Part shown: positions 1-9,335 of the stretch, one piece after another | Layout: the number at the start of each line of letters is the position of its first letter | Numbering within the stretch: position 1 is the stretch's first letter | NCBI GenBank assembly: GCA_964482075.1 | Contig: CAYZVU010000001.1 | Location: 343-64,342, forward strand | Direction of reading: 5' to 3' | Source of the DNA: Candidatus Woesearchaeota archaeon | GTDB taxonomy: Archaea > Nanobdellota > Nanobdellia > Pacearchaeales > GW2011-AR1 | DNA length: 64,000 nt | Made by a program: the position numbers and the translations under genes | Notes under the pieces: generated by a model | What the model was told of the DNA's origin: nothing | Database searches by the model: none | The model's input: the letters and a program-made list of their open reading frames with translations, nothing else

Positions 1-43
1 TATAATTAAGTGATAATTTGTGTTTATAAAATATTCGGTTTGA

Positions 44-220
44 TTAAAAAATGGTTTTCATGATTATTGAAACTATGAATCCAAGTAGCCCGAGAATTAC
101 AATTCCGATTGCTGAAACTTTTGAAACTTGTTCAAATTCCATTCGAGATGGCTTTTTTAGAACGTGCCAAACTCTTTTACATTTTACTAAAAATGATTTT
201 GTTGAAGTCCATAATTCCAT
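44..220 (-). CDS. secE: Protein translocase subunit SecE/Sec61-gamma (58 aa, not in ORF track)
   Basis: Translated by hand from the minus strand: MELWTSTKSFLVKCKRVWHVLKKPSRMEFEQVSKVSAIGIVILGLLGFIVSIIMKTIF. It has one C-terminal TM helix and the KxxR...GxGxxxxG pattern typical of archaeal SecE, and sits next to ftsZ as in many archaea. Coordinates are +/-1. Confidence 0.55.
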   Translation of the reverse strand: MELWTSTKSFLVKCKRVWHVLKKPSRMEFEQVSKVSAIGIVILGLLGFIVSIIMKTIF

Positions 221-251
221 AGAATAAAGTGGGTTGTAGGGTTTTTAAGTT

Positions 252-1355
252 TTATTCATAAAACTCGATTCCTAATTCGTCTTCAATTTCTTGATGTTTT
301 AGGCTTTCTATTGAATGTGAATCTCCAAGGATTTGTGTGCTCTTTACCCCAGTAACAATTAATAAAACTCTTATTGATTTTTCCATGTCTGGAGAAATCT
401 TTGCTCCCCAAATTAACTTTGCATCTGGGGCCAATTTATTTCCAATTTCCTCGATAATTATTTTACATTCATCTAAGCTCATGTCCGGTCCTCCGATTAT
501 ATTTACTAATGCTCCCTTTGCTCCAGAAATATCGACATCTAATAGTGGATTGTCTAGTGCTTTTTCTACAGCGTCTTGGGATCTTTTTTCTGTGTCTGAT
601 TCTCCGAGCCCAATTAATGAAACGCCCCCGTTTACCATAACTGCTTTAATATCTGCGAAGTCTAGATTTACTAAGCCAGAAGTTGTTACAAGTTCTGTTG
701 TTCCTTTGACTGCGTTTGTTAAAATTTCGTCTGCGATTTTGAATGCTGTGTGTAAAGGTAAATCTGGGGCCAAATCTAAAAGTTTATCGTTGGGGATTAC
801 AATTAATGTATCTACATTTGCTTCCATTTTTTCTAATCCAAGTGTTGCGTTTTCGATTCTTTTTTGACCTTCAATGGTAAATGGTAATGTTACAACGCCT
901 ATTGTTAATGCTCCTTGCTTTTTTGCTAAGCCTGCAACAACTGGTGCAGCGCCTGTTCCTGTTCCTCCTCCAAGCCCGCAAGTTATGAAAACCATATCTG
1001 CGCCTGCTAATTTTTTCTTTATTTCAGTCATAGATTCTTTTGCAGCTTCTTCTCCCACTCTTGGATTACTTCCTGCCCCCAATCCTTGAGTTATTTCTCT
1101 ACCAATTAGAATTTTTTGGTCTGCATTAGTATATAATAAATCTTGAGCGTCGGTATTCATTGCGATTAATTCTCCGCCTTTTATTCCAATTTCCCTCATT
1201 CTTGATAAAGAATTATTCCCTCCACCACCAATTCCCACAACCTTTATTTTTGCAGATTGCTTTTGTAATAATGCCTCCAATTCTCTATCTATATCTTTTA
1301 CTTCTTGGGAAACATTAGAAAAATTTTCCTCGTTTTTATTAAACATATCATCCAT
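252..1355 (-). CDS. ftsZ: Cell division GTPase FtsZ
   Basis: Tubulin signature GGGTGTG ([20 protein letters not shown]) and the T7 loop (NVDFADIK); length is 367 aa. Confidence 0.95.
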   Translation of the reverse strand: MDDMFNKNEENFSNVSQEVKDIDRELEALLQKQSAKIKVVGIGGGGNNSLSRMREIGIKGGELIAMNTDAQDLLYTNADQKILIGREITQGLGAGSNPRVGEEAAKESMTEIKKKLAGADMVFITCGLGGGTGTGAAPVVAGLAKKQGALTIGVVTLPFTIEGQKRIENATLGLEKMEANVDTLIVIPNDKLLDLAPDLPLHTAFKIADEILTNAVKGTTELVTTSGLVNLDFADIKAVMVNGGVSLIGLGESDTEKRSQDAVEKALDNPLLDVDISGAKGALVNIIGGPDMSLDECKIIIEEIGNKLAPDAKLIWGAKISPDMEKSIRVLLIVTGVKSTQILGDSHSIESLKHQEIEDELGIEFYE

Positions 1356-1386
1356 ATTTTATTTAAGTGGGATTGGTTTTTAAGGA

Positions 1387-2040
1387 TTATTGCGATTCTT
1401 TAGTATCTTTCTTCTCAGATTCCTGCAAGTCTAAGTCTAAATCTAAAATTTCTTTAAATTTATCTTTGAATAATTCGAGGAATTTTTTTATTTGCTCTTC
1501 TGTTTTTATTATTAATTTCTTTTCTTTTATTTCGAATGGTAGGTCTTGCCTTGTGAAGAATTCAATTAGGGATTTTGCTTTTTCATTTAAATCTTCTATT
1601 TTTCTTTTTATATCTACCTCATAAACCACATCTCTTCCTGCGAGAGAATTATTAAAATCCACCCTTACTCTTCCTCCTGAAACAGAAAGTATTTTTCCCA
1701 TTTTTCCGTCGAAATTTAAGGTTACCCCTTGAACTGGATTTAAATTATGTTTTCTGAAGAGAATCATTGGCATTAATTTTATCATTGATGGATCTCTTGG
1801 GCCAAATGCTTTTTTTGCTTCAAGTTCGATTGTATGCTTACCAATTTCTTTTCCAATTAAAAAATCATCAATTCCTTTTAGAAACATATCTTCCCCAAGT
1901 GCGAAAACAAATGGCTTTACAGGTTGTTTTGAATTTATTTTATCTAATTCTTGTTTAATATTTGAATCAAAAACTTCTCCTGTTTCTTTTATTTTTCCAG
2001 TAAATTCTATTTCTAGGAAATCTTTTTTTTGTAATGTCAT
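1387..2040 (-). CDS. FKBP-type peptidyl-prolyl cis-trans isomerase (SlyD-like)
   Basis: FKBP fold motifs (FVFALGEDMFLKGIDDFLIG ... VDFNNSLAGRDVVYEVDI) with an insert-in-flap region and an acidic C-terminal tail. Confidence 0.75.
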   Translation of the reverse strand: MTLQKKDFLEIEFTGKIKETGEVFDSNIKQELDKINSKQPVKPFVFALGEDMFLKGIDDFLIGKEIGKHTIELEAKKAFGPRDPSMIKLMPMILFRKHNLNPVQGVTLNFDGKMGKILSVSGGRVRVDFNNSLAGRDVVYEVDIKRKIEDLNEKAKSLIEFFTRQDLPFEIKEKKLIIKTEEQIKKFLELFKDKFKEILDLDLDLQESEKKDTKESQ

Positions 2041-2090
2041 GTAGTTTTGTCAGTAAAAATATTTATAAAGATATCTTTTTTGATTAAATC

Positions 2091-2483
2091 ATGGTTTTAA
2101 AAATAATTAATGCTACAGAGGCGAAAGCAGGTGCTAATATTATTCTTGATGGAGTTTCTTGCGTTGTGAAAAAAATGGATGTTTCTAAGACTGGAAAGCA
2201 CGGGCATGCAAAATGTAGGGTTGAAGCTGTGCCTCTTTTAGGAGGAAATAAAAAAGTTTTAGTTGTCCCAGGCCACGAGAGATTTGAAGTGCCATTAGTT
2301 GAAAAAAGAAAGGCGCAGGTTTTATCTAAAGGGGATGGAAAAGTCAGTGTGATGGATTTAGAATCTTTTGAAACATTGGAAATTAATTGTTCAGATGATG
2401 ATCTTTTTGGGGAATTAGAAGAAAGTGGGAATTGTGAATATTGGGATATAGAAGGGGCAAAAATGATAAAGAGAAAATTGTGA
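2091..2483 (+). CDS. eif5a: Translation initiation factor 5A (aIF-5A)
   Basis: Hypusination loop STSKTGKHGHAK is present (VSKTGKHGHAKC); length is 130 aa. Confidence 0.9.
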   Translation: MVLKIINATEAKAGANIILDGVSCVVKKMDVSKTGKHGHAKCRVEAVPLLGGNKKVLVVPGHERFEVPLVEKRKAQVLSKGDGKVSVMDLESFETLEINCSDDDLFGELEESGNCEYWDIEGAKMIKRKL

Positions 2484-2592
2484 TTTTTACCTCATTCGTC
2501 CGCCCTAGCGATGTCAAACGAAAGGCGCAAAAATGATAAAGCGAAAATTATAGAACACAAACCTTAAAAAACAAGATTTCTGTTAATTAACT

Positions 2593-2757
2593 ATGGCAAA
2601 GAAAATACCTGAAGCTCAAAATAGATTATTTAAGAATATGTTCGTATGTAAAAATTGTCAGTCTAAAATGAAATCAAAGCCTCTTAAAATTCTTGAAGGA
2701 AAAGTTAAATGCAGAAAGTGCGGGAAAAAAGCTTTTAGACCCTTAAAGAAAAAATAG
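2593..2757 (+). CDS. rpl40e: Ribosomal protein L40e (54 aa, below ORF-track cutoff)
   Basis: Hand translation gives MAKKIPEAQNRLFKNMFVCKNCQSKMKSKPLKILEGKVKCRKCGKKAFRPLKKK. It has a CxxC...CxxC zinc ribbon with the L40e-like N-terminus (PEAxxRLF). Coordinates are +/-1. Confidence 0.65.
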   Translation: MAKKIPEAQNRLFKNMFVCKNCQSKMKSKPLKILEGKVKCRKCGKKAFRPLKKK

Positions 2758-2764
2758 GTGTAAA

Positions 2765-4207
2765 ATGAATTTTATAATTTATGATTTGACGTTCTTAGTT
2801 TTATTTGCAATATTAGTTGGACTTTTCCTTTATATTAATAAGAAAAATATCCGAAAAGAAGGATTATTATTATTGTATAAAGCTCGATGGGGAATGAAAT
2901 TAATTGATTATGTTGGAGGGAAATATAAGAAAAGTTTGAAATTCTTGAGTTATATTTCAATTGGACTCGGCTATGTTTTAATGGCTGCAATGATTTATTT
3001 ATTTGGAAAGATAATTTATATTTATATTTTAATGCCGTCGGTGGTTAAGGCGATTAAGATTCCTCCTATTATGCCCTTAATCCCCTATATTGATAAGGTT
3101 GTTCCCAATTTAGGATTGCCTCCTTTTTATTTTACATATTGGATTTTAATTTTAGCGATAGTTGCGATACCTCACGAATTCTTCCATGGAATATTTATGA
3201 AAAGATATGGGGTTAAGGTTAAAGCTACAGGTTTTGGATTTTTTCCATTTTTCTTGCCAATATTTTTAGCAGCATTTGTTGAACAAGATGAGAAGAGTTT
3301 TGAAAAAGCTAGTAATTTTAAACAAATGGCTATTCTATCTGCGGGGACTTTTGCAAATATCTTAACTGCAATTTTCTTTTTCATAATTATGTTTTTGTTT
3401 TTTTCTGCAGCATTTGTTCCGGCAGGGATTACTTTTGATAATTATGCATATACTGGAATTGCTGTTGCAGGAATTAGTATGGTGAACGATGTTAGCTTGG
3501 AGAATCCTTCTTATCAAAATGTTTCAGATTTAATTGAAGAAGATAAACTTAATGAGCTTTTTGTTGGTGAAGAGAAATATTTTTTGACTAAATCTTTAAT
3601 TGAGAATCAAGAAGAAGGGGATTTGCTTTTTGTGTATGATAATGCTCCTGCAATTAAAAATGGGCTTAAGGGTGCAATAATTTATATTGAGCATGGAGAA
3701 GATAATATTATTGTTAATAATTTAGAAGACCTTTCATTATTTATGGTGGACTTATCTCCAGGGGATGCTGTTAATATTACAGTTGGCTTAGAAGAAGGTG
3801 CTCGAGCAAGTTATTATAATATTGAACTTGAAGAAAATCCTGTTAAAGAGGGGGCTGCTTGGTTAGGAATTGGCTTTGTGGATCAAACAAGGTCTGGGCT
3901 TATGGGGAGATTATATAATTTAATGTCGAGCTTTAAAGAACCGCATGTGAATTATGAACCAAAATATGATGGCTTTAGCGAGTTTATTTACAATTTATTA
4001 TGGTGGCTTGTTTTAATTTGTGTTAGTGTTGCCTTGGTTAATATGCTTCCTGTTGGAATCTTTGATGGAGGGAGATTTTTTTATTTGACTATTTTAAGTT
4101 TAACAAAAAGTGAAAGTGTTGCTAAAAAAAGTTTTAAATTTGTAACTTGGCTTTTCTTATTTTTATTGGCATTGTTGATGGTTTTTTGGGCTATTAATTT
4201 TTTCTAA
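2765..4207 (+). CDS. Site-2 protease family membrane metalloprotease (M50)
   Basis: HEFFH zinc-binding motif in a TM segment, the C-terminal NMLPVGIFDGGRF (LDG) motif, and multiple TM helices. Confidence 0.7.
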   Translation: MNFIIYDLTFLVLFAILVGLFLYINKKNIRKEGLLLLYKARWGMKLIDYVGGKYKKSLKFLSYISIGLGYVLMAAMIYLFGKIIYIYILMPSVVKAIKIPPIMPLIPYIDKVVPNLGLPPFYFTYWILILAIVAIPHEFFHGIFMKRYGVKVKATGFGFFPFFLPIFLAAFVEQDEKSFEKASNFKQMAILSAGTFANILTAIFFFIIMFLFFSAAFVPAGITFDNYAYTGIAVAGISMVNDVSLENPSYQNVSDLIEEDKLNELFVGEEKYFLTKSLIENQEEGDLLFVYDNAPAIKNGLKGAIIYIEHGEDNIIVNNLEDLSLFMVDLSPGDAVNITVGLEEGARASYYNIELEENPVKEGAAWLGIGFVDQTRSGLMGRLYNLMSSFKEPHVNYEPKYDGFSEFIYNLLWWLVLICVSVALVNMLPVGIFDGGRFFYLTILSLTKSESVAKKSFKFVTWLFLFLLALLMVFWAINFF

Positions 4208-4239
4208 AACTTTAAAACCAACTTATTTCTTAGAATGTT

Positions 4240-5220
4240 ATGATCCCAGATAAAGTTAAGAAAATTTTAAAAAAACAACATTATGAAATTGTTGGGAAGC
4301 ATTCTGCCGTGCAAATTTGTCGTTGGACAAAGCGAAGTTTAAGAGATGAAGGAGTTTGTTATAAGGAACAATTTTATGGAATTAAAAGTCATCTTTGTTG
4401 TCAAATGACTCCTGCTGTTATGTGGTGTGATAACAAATGTTTGCATTGTTGGAGAGCAATTGAATTAACTCTTGGAAATAAAATTGGAGGGAATGTTGAT
4501 TCACCTTCTGAAATTATTGATGGATGTATTGAAGCGCAGAAAAAATTATTACAGGGATTTAAGATTGACCCAAAAAGTAAAAAAGAGCAGATGAGCAAAG
4601 CAAACCAAGAAAAATATTCTGAAGCGCAAGAACCAATGCAATTTGCAATTAGCTTAAGTGGTGAGCCAACTATTTATCAAAATATTGGAGGATTGATTGC
4701 TGAACTTAGGAAGAGGGGAAAGACTTCTTTTTTAGTTACAAATGGCTTGCATCCTGAGAAACTTAAAGAATTAGTTTCGGAAAATAATTTGCCTACACAA
4801 TTATATATTTCTGTAAATACTTCAAATGAAAAATTGTTTCAAAAATTTCATAGAAGCTCTATGAAAAATGCTTGGGAAAAATTAAATGAAAGTTTGGAAT
4901 TAATGGGAGATTTATCATGCCGTACTATATTCAGAATGAATCTTGTTAAAGATTTGAATATGAATGACGAATATGTTAAAGAATATGCTGAGTTAATTAA
5001 GAAAGCTAAACCTATGTTTGTTGAAATTAAAGGATTTATGAGTGTTGGCTTTGCAAGAGAAAGGTTGGGTTATGATAGGATGCCAGATTATGAAGAAATG
5101 GGGGAATTTGTTAAAAAGTTAAGTTTAGCGACGGGCTTGAAGATTTTAGATGTTCATGAAAGAAGTAGGGCGTGGGTTTTGGGTGAAGATAAAGAGAAGT
5201 TGAAGATTAAGGAGATTTAG
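4240..5220 (+). CDS. taw1: tRNA 4-demethylwyosine synthase Taw1/TYW1 (radical SAM)
   Basis: N-terminal HSAVQICRWTKRSLRDEGVCYKEQFYGIKSHLCCQMTP and the CDNKCLHCWR (Cx3Cx2C) radical-SAM cluster are typical of TYW1. Confidence 0.8.
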   Translation: MIPDKVKKILKKQHYEIVGKHSAVQICRWTKRSLRDEGVCYKEQFYGIKSHLCCQMTPAVMWCDNKCLHCWRAIELTLGNKIGGNVDSPSEIIDGCIEAQKKLLQGFKIDPKSKKEQMSKANQEKYSEAQEPMQFAISLSGEPTIYQNIGGLIAELRKRGKTSFLVTNGLHPEKLKELVSENNLPTQLYISVNTSNEKLFQKFHRSSMKNAWEKLNESLELMGDLSCRTIFRMNLVKDLNMNDEYVKEYAELIKKAKPMFVEIKGFMSVGFARERLGYDRMPDYEEMGEFVKKLSLATGLKILDVHERSRAWVLGEDKEKLKIKEI

Positions 5221-5464
5221 AAATTCTCGAACGATATATAACTATTGCTGCATAATGTAATGCCATCCTTAAAAGATCAGAATTTTGTATTGGACTCTCT
5301 TTTTTTCTTTCTTGAATATTCCCTAAATAATTTCTTATCATATCTCGTGTTAAAATATCCCCTGAACGGAATCCAACTCTATCTTTAGATTCACCAGATT
5401 TATCTCCTGGAAAAAATTCCAGCCCCTTATCTTCAAAATATCTAATTTCTTCATCTAATTTCAT
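5207..5464 (-). CDS. Hypothetical protein (85 aa)
   Basis: The ORF overlaps the taw1 3' end by only 14 nt. It carries no recognisable motif and may be a real small protein or spurious. Confidence 0.25.
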   Translation of the reverse strand: MKLDEEIRYFEDKGLEFFPGDKSGESKDRVGFRSGDILTRDMIRNYLGNIQERKKESPIQNSDLLRMALHYAAIVIYRSRISKSP

Positions 5465-5501
5465 AAAATCTTATCTAAAAAATCTTTTATAAAACTATCA
5501 T

Positions 5502-5852
5502 CTACAAATCAATAACGCCTTCTTTAGTTAAAGCTGCGAATCGAATTCCAACAGGCAAATTGATTAATGCGGAAATTAAGGCCATATGTTCTTTCCCGTC
5601 GCCAGATGCCAAGCTTAATGCAACCTCAAGGCCTTCAAATTTGTTTTTGAGTTTTTGCGAAAACTCCTCTCTTAGATCTTTAATTCTTTTGGATAAATCA
5701 ATTTTGATAAATTCAAATCTCTTTTCGTGTGCAAAATCTTTTGCAGAGTCGTCTCCAATAATAATGATTTTTTCCCAATCCCCAAATTTCATTAATCCTG
5801 AGACTTGCGCCCATGCTTGTTGATCTGATGAGAGTAATGCTACGAGTTCCAT
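5502..5852 (-). CDS. Hypothetical protein (116 aa)
   Basis: Clean ORF with an ATG start, divergent from the L1 operon; I did not recognise a motif. Confidence 0.4.
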   Translation of the reverse strand: MELVALLSSDQQAWAQVSGLMKFGDWEKIIIIGDDSAKDFAHEKRFEFIKIDLSKRIKDLREEFSQKLKNKFEGLEVALSLASGDGKEHMALISALINLPVGIRFAALTKEGVIDL

Positions 5853-6011
5853 AATGAAATGAATAGGAGTATATTTTTAAGAATATCTATGATTTAGGGA
5901 TATAGTAAGTTTTATAAAACAAAATCCTCTCCAATCTTTAACCGATTGTACCATATCGTTGCGAGATAGCATCTAGGCTTGCGGCGCGTTATATGGGAGG
6001 CTTAAAACAAA

Positions 6012-6647
6012 ATGACAGAAATAAAAGACGAACTAAAGAATGCTCTTGCTGAACTTCGACAAGGTAAAGAAAGAAAGTTTGACCAGTCAGTAGACTTAAT
6101 TGTGAATCTTCAAAAGTTCGAGGTTAAAAAACATAATATTAATCTTTTTGTAAGTATCCCACATAAAATTAAAGAAAAAAGAATTGCAGGATTTTTTGAA
6201 ACTCAAAATAAAAATATTGACACAATTACTAAAGACGAATTTAAAAAATATGGAACAGATAAAAAACTTGTTAAAAATTTAGTTAAAAAATATGATTTTT
6301 TTATGGCGCAAGGTTCTCTTATGCCAAAAGTCGCCTCCACATTTGGACGTGTTTTAGGTCCTGCTGGGAAAATGCCTTCTCCTCAACTTGGAATTATTCT
6401 TGATGCCGACGATAAAACTATCGATGAATTGAAAAAGAGAATTAATACAAGTGTTAAGATTAAAATTAAAGAACCTAGCATTAAACTTATTGTTGGGAAA
6501 CAATCGATGAAAGATGAAGAAATTATTGAAAATGTTCTTTCAATTTATAATACAATTATTGCAGAAATGCCAAGAGATAAAGAAAATATAAAAAATGTTG
6601 AATTAAAATTCACTATGAATAAACCTGTTAAGATAAATATAAGATGA
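6012..6647 (+). CDS. rpl1: Ribosomal protein L1
   Basis: L1 family sequence (FDQSVDLIVNL...GKMPSPQLG); it is first in the L1-P0-P1 operon. Confidence 0.9.
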   Translation: MTEIKDELKNALAELRQGKERKFDQSVDLIVNLQKFEVKKHNINLFVSIPHKIKEKRIAGFFETQNKNIDTITKDEFKKYGTDKKLVKNLVKKYDFFMAQGSLMPKVASTFGRVLGPAGKMPSPQLGIILDADDKTIDELKKRINTSVKIKIKEPSIKLIVGKQSMKDEEIIENVLSIYNTIIAEMPRDKENIKNVELKFTMNKPVKINIR

Positions 6648-7531
6648 AAACTAAATCTGGAAACACTGTACCAAAGGGGAAAATTAAGTTAGTTGAAACT
6701 TTAAAAGATTTAATTAAAACTAAACAAACAATTTTAATTGCTTCAATTAAAAGCTTACCCTCTTCACAATTTCAAGAAATTTGTAAGAAATTGAGAGCGT
6801 CTGCAATTGTTAAATTCCCAAAAAAGAATTTAATTTTTAGGGCAATCGATGAATCTAATGATAAAAATCTTCAAGAATTAAAAACTCAAATTACAGATAG
6901 TATGGCCTTGTTGTTTTCAGATGTTGAAAGCTATGAACTTGCTGGAGAATTAATTCGTAATAAAAGTGCTGCAAAAGCTAAACCAGGGCAAGAAGCTCCG
7001 TTTGATATTATTATTTCTGCTGGAATGACTGAATTGGTTCCTGGGCCTGCAATTTCAGAATTAGGTGCTGTTGGGATTACTACAAAAGTTACAAAGGGCA
7101 AGCTTGAAATTATTAAAGATAAAGTTCTTGTTCAAGAAGGGAAAAAAATTTCTCAAAATGCGGCAGATGTTATGGCAAAGTTAGATATTAAGCCGTTTTC
7201 TATTGGGTTTATTCCTGTTTGCTCTTTTGATGTTAAGGAAGGGAAATTGTATTGTGATATTAAAATTGATAAAGCTGAGACTATTGAAAAATTGAAGAAT
7301 GCTCATGGGAAGGCGTTGCCGTTTGCAGTGAATTTGGGTTATGCTTCAAAAGATACAATTAAACATTTGCTTGGAAAAGCTCATGCTCATGGAACTAAAA
7401 TTAATAGAATAATGACTGGAGAACCAGAGCCTGTTGCTGTGGCTCCTGTTGTAGAAGAAAAAGTAGAAGAGAAGCCGAAAGAAGAGAAAAAAGAAGCGGC
7501 TGCTGAAGGACTGGGGGCCTTGTTCGGGTAA
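6644..7531 (+). CDS. rplp0: Ribosomal protein L10 / acidic P0
   Basis: P0 family, with an ATGA overlap onto L1 and a C-terminal EEKKEAAAEGLGALFG tail shared with P1. Confidence 0.9.
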   Translation: MKTKSGNTVPKGKIKLVETLKDLIKTKQTILIASIKSLPSSQFQEICKKLRASAIVKFPKKNLIFRAIDESNDKNLQELKTQITDSMALLFSDVESYELAGELIRNKSAAKAKPGQEAPFDIIISAGMTELVPGPAISELGAVGITTKVTKGKLEIIKDKVLVQEGKKISQNAADVMAKLDIKPFSIGFIPVCSFDVKEGKLYCDIKIDKAETIEKLKNAHGKALPFAVNLGYASKDTIKHLLGKAHAHGTKINRIMTGEPEPVAVAPVVEEKVEEKPKEEKKEAAAEGLGALFG

Positions 7532-7578
7532 AATGAACAATCACATTCAACAACTAAATGTTGAGGGAAACAAATAAA

Positions 7579-7866
7579 ATGGAAAACGTATATGCATCAC
7601 TTCTGCTTCACAAAGCAGGAAAAGAAGTGAATGAAGAAAACATCAAAAGTGTTGTTGCGGCTGCTGGCGCAGAGGCTGATGAATCAAAAATCAAGTCTCT
7701 TATTGCCAGTTTGAAAGGTGTAGATATAGCTAAAGAGCTTGAATCTGCAAGTTTGGTTTCTGCTGCTCCTGTTGGAGAAGCACCTAAGAAGGAAGAAAAA
7801 GAAGAAAAACCAAAAGAAGAAAAGAAAGAAGCTGCAGCAGAAGGCCTTGGTGCACTTTTCGGTTAA
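7579..7866 (+). CDS. rpl12: Ribosomal stalk protein P1 (L12e)
   Basis: MENVYASLLLH start and the acidic EEKKEAAAEGLGALFG C-terminus. The start was moved from the track's 7558 to the in-frame ATG at 7579. Confidence 0.9.
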   Translation: MENVYASLLLHKAGKEVNEENIKSVVAAAGAEADESKIKSLIASLKGVDIAKELESASLVSAAPVGEAPKKEEKEEKPKEEKKEAAAEGLGALFG

Positions 7867-7987
7867 TTATTATAATCCGTGTGCCAAGCCTACACTTCTA
7901 GTTCTAACTGGGGTATAATAGAATTTAAAAAAGTCAGAATTATTAATTAGTTATGGAGAAATTATTTTTGATACGGAATTTATTAAA

Positions 7988-8293
7988 ATGACTGAGAAAA
8001 TATATTTTATCTATAAATTTAGAAATAATCCTAGTCCCAATGAAACATATAAAAAATTTGAAGAAACATTTGGGAAAGGATATATCTTTGATAAAGAACA
8101 TCCAAATGCAAGTGATGGAACTAGAGAAGAAATAAGAAGATTATTCACTAAAGATATGAATGAAGGTCATTTTGACTTAGTTATTGTAGATATTTCTTAT
8201 GGGAAAGGGAGATTTATGGAAGAAGAACTTGCTTTAGCCAATAAACTAAAAATTCCCATTAAAGAAATTAATTTAAATGAAAATTCTATGTAA
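7988..8293 (+). CDS. Hypothetical protein (101 aa)
   Basis: Clean ORF between the L12 and L3 operons; no motif recognised. Confidence 0.4.
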   Translation: MTEKIYFIYKFRNNPSPNETYKKFEETFGKGYIFDKEHPNASDGTREEIRRLFTKDMNEGHFDLVIVDISYGKGRFMEEELALANKLKIPIKEINLNENSM

Positions 8294-8387
8294 AAAGCGA
8301 TACTAAACAATAAGCTTTATATAGGCATTTTTTCTCAGTATCATATTCCAGGGTGAACAAAATGTTAATCTTCGCTAGATTAAAAAT

Positions 8388-9335
8388 ATGCCAACAAAAA
8401 GATCACCAAGAAAAGGAAGTTTGCAATTCTGGCCTCGAAAAAGGGCTAGAAAGTTTTTGCCTAGTGTGAACTGGGATGCTATTGATTCTACAAAATCATT
8501 GAAAGGGTTTATTTGTTATAAGGCTGGAATGGCTTCTGCATATGTTAAAGATAACACTCCTGATTCTATGACAAAGGGAAAAAATATTGCTGTGCCGTGT
8601 ACAATTCTTGAATGCCCTCCAATGAAGATTTTTTCAATAAGATTCTACAAATATGGGAAAGTTGCAAAAGATGTTTTATCTGAAAATTTAGATAAGGAAT
8701 TAAGAAGAAAAGTAAAATTACCTAAAAATAAAACAAGCAAATTAGATTCTGTTAAAATGGAAGATTATGACGATGTTCGATTAATTGTTTATTCTATTGT
8801 TAAAAAAACTGGGTTAAAGAAAAAGCCAGACTTAGTGGAAGTTGGATTAACTGGCAAGTCTCTTGAAGAAAAAATGATTTTTGTTAAGGAAAATTTAAAC
8901 AAAGAAATTTCTGCCCTTGATATTTTTGAGCATGGAGAGTTAGTTGACCTTAGAGGATTAACAAAAGGGAAGGGGCTTTCAGGTCCTGTGAAGAGATTTG
9001 GGATTCAACTTAAAGTTACAAAGTCAGAAAAAGGAAGAAGAAGACCAGGTAATGTTGGGCCTTGGCATCCGGCAAGAGTAATCTTTAGAGTTCCTATGGC
9101 TGGACAATTAGGAATGTTCACAAGAGTAATTTATAATAATAAAATAATTGATTTAGGAAAAGCTTCTGAGAAACCAATTAAGAATATAAAAAATTATGGG
9201 GATGTTAAAACAGATTATATTGTTGTTAAGGGTTCTATCCAAGGTTCTGCAAAAAGACAACTTATTTTAACTCGTGCGCTTAGAGAAACTAAAAGAACTA
9301 AAAAAGTAAATTATGAGGTTGTTGAATTACGATGA
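8388..9335 (+). CDS. rpl3: Ribosomal protein L3
   Basis: L3 signature GPWHPARV; length is 315 aa. Confidence 0.95.
   Translation: MPTKRSPRKGSLQFWPRKRARKFLPSVNWDAIDSTKSLKGFICYKAGMASAYVKDNTPDSMTKGKNIAVPCTILECPPMKIFSIRFYKYGKVAKDVLSENLDKELRRKVKLPKNKTSKLDSVKMEDYDDVRLIVYSIVKKTGLKKKPDLVEVGLTGKSLEEKMIFVKENLNKEISALDIFEHGELVDLRGLTKGKGLSGPVKRFGIQLKVTKSEKGRRRPGNVGPWHPARVIFRVPMAGQLGMFTRVIYNNKIIDLGKASEKPIKNIKNYGDVKTDYIVVKGSIQGSAKRQLILTRALRETKRTKKVNYEVVELR

Noticed and set aside
337-1089. Plus-strand ORFs 337-867 and 874-1089 overlapping ftsZ, and 1367-1624 and 1767-1958 overlapping the FKBP gene.
   Set aside because: They are antisense to well-supported genes and have no motifs.
7558-7578. Upstream starts in the track for L12 (7558), L22 (11479), SUI1 (13043), L24 (14114), L6 (16393), L32e (16865), EF1B (19835), DP1 (56261, TTG) and HD (57822, TTG).
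   Set aside because: In each case an in-frame ATG lies just after the upstream gene's stop and gives the canonical N-terminus. The longer forms overlap the preceding gene.
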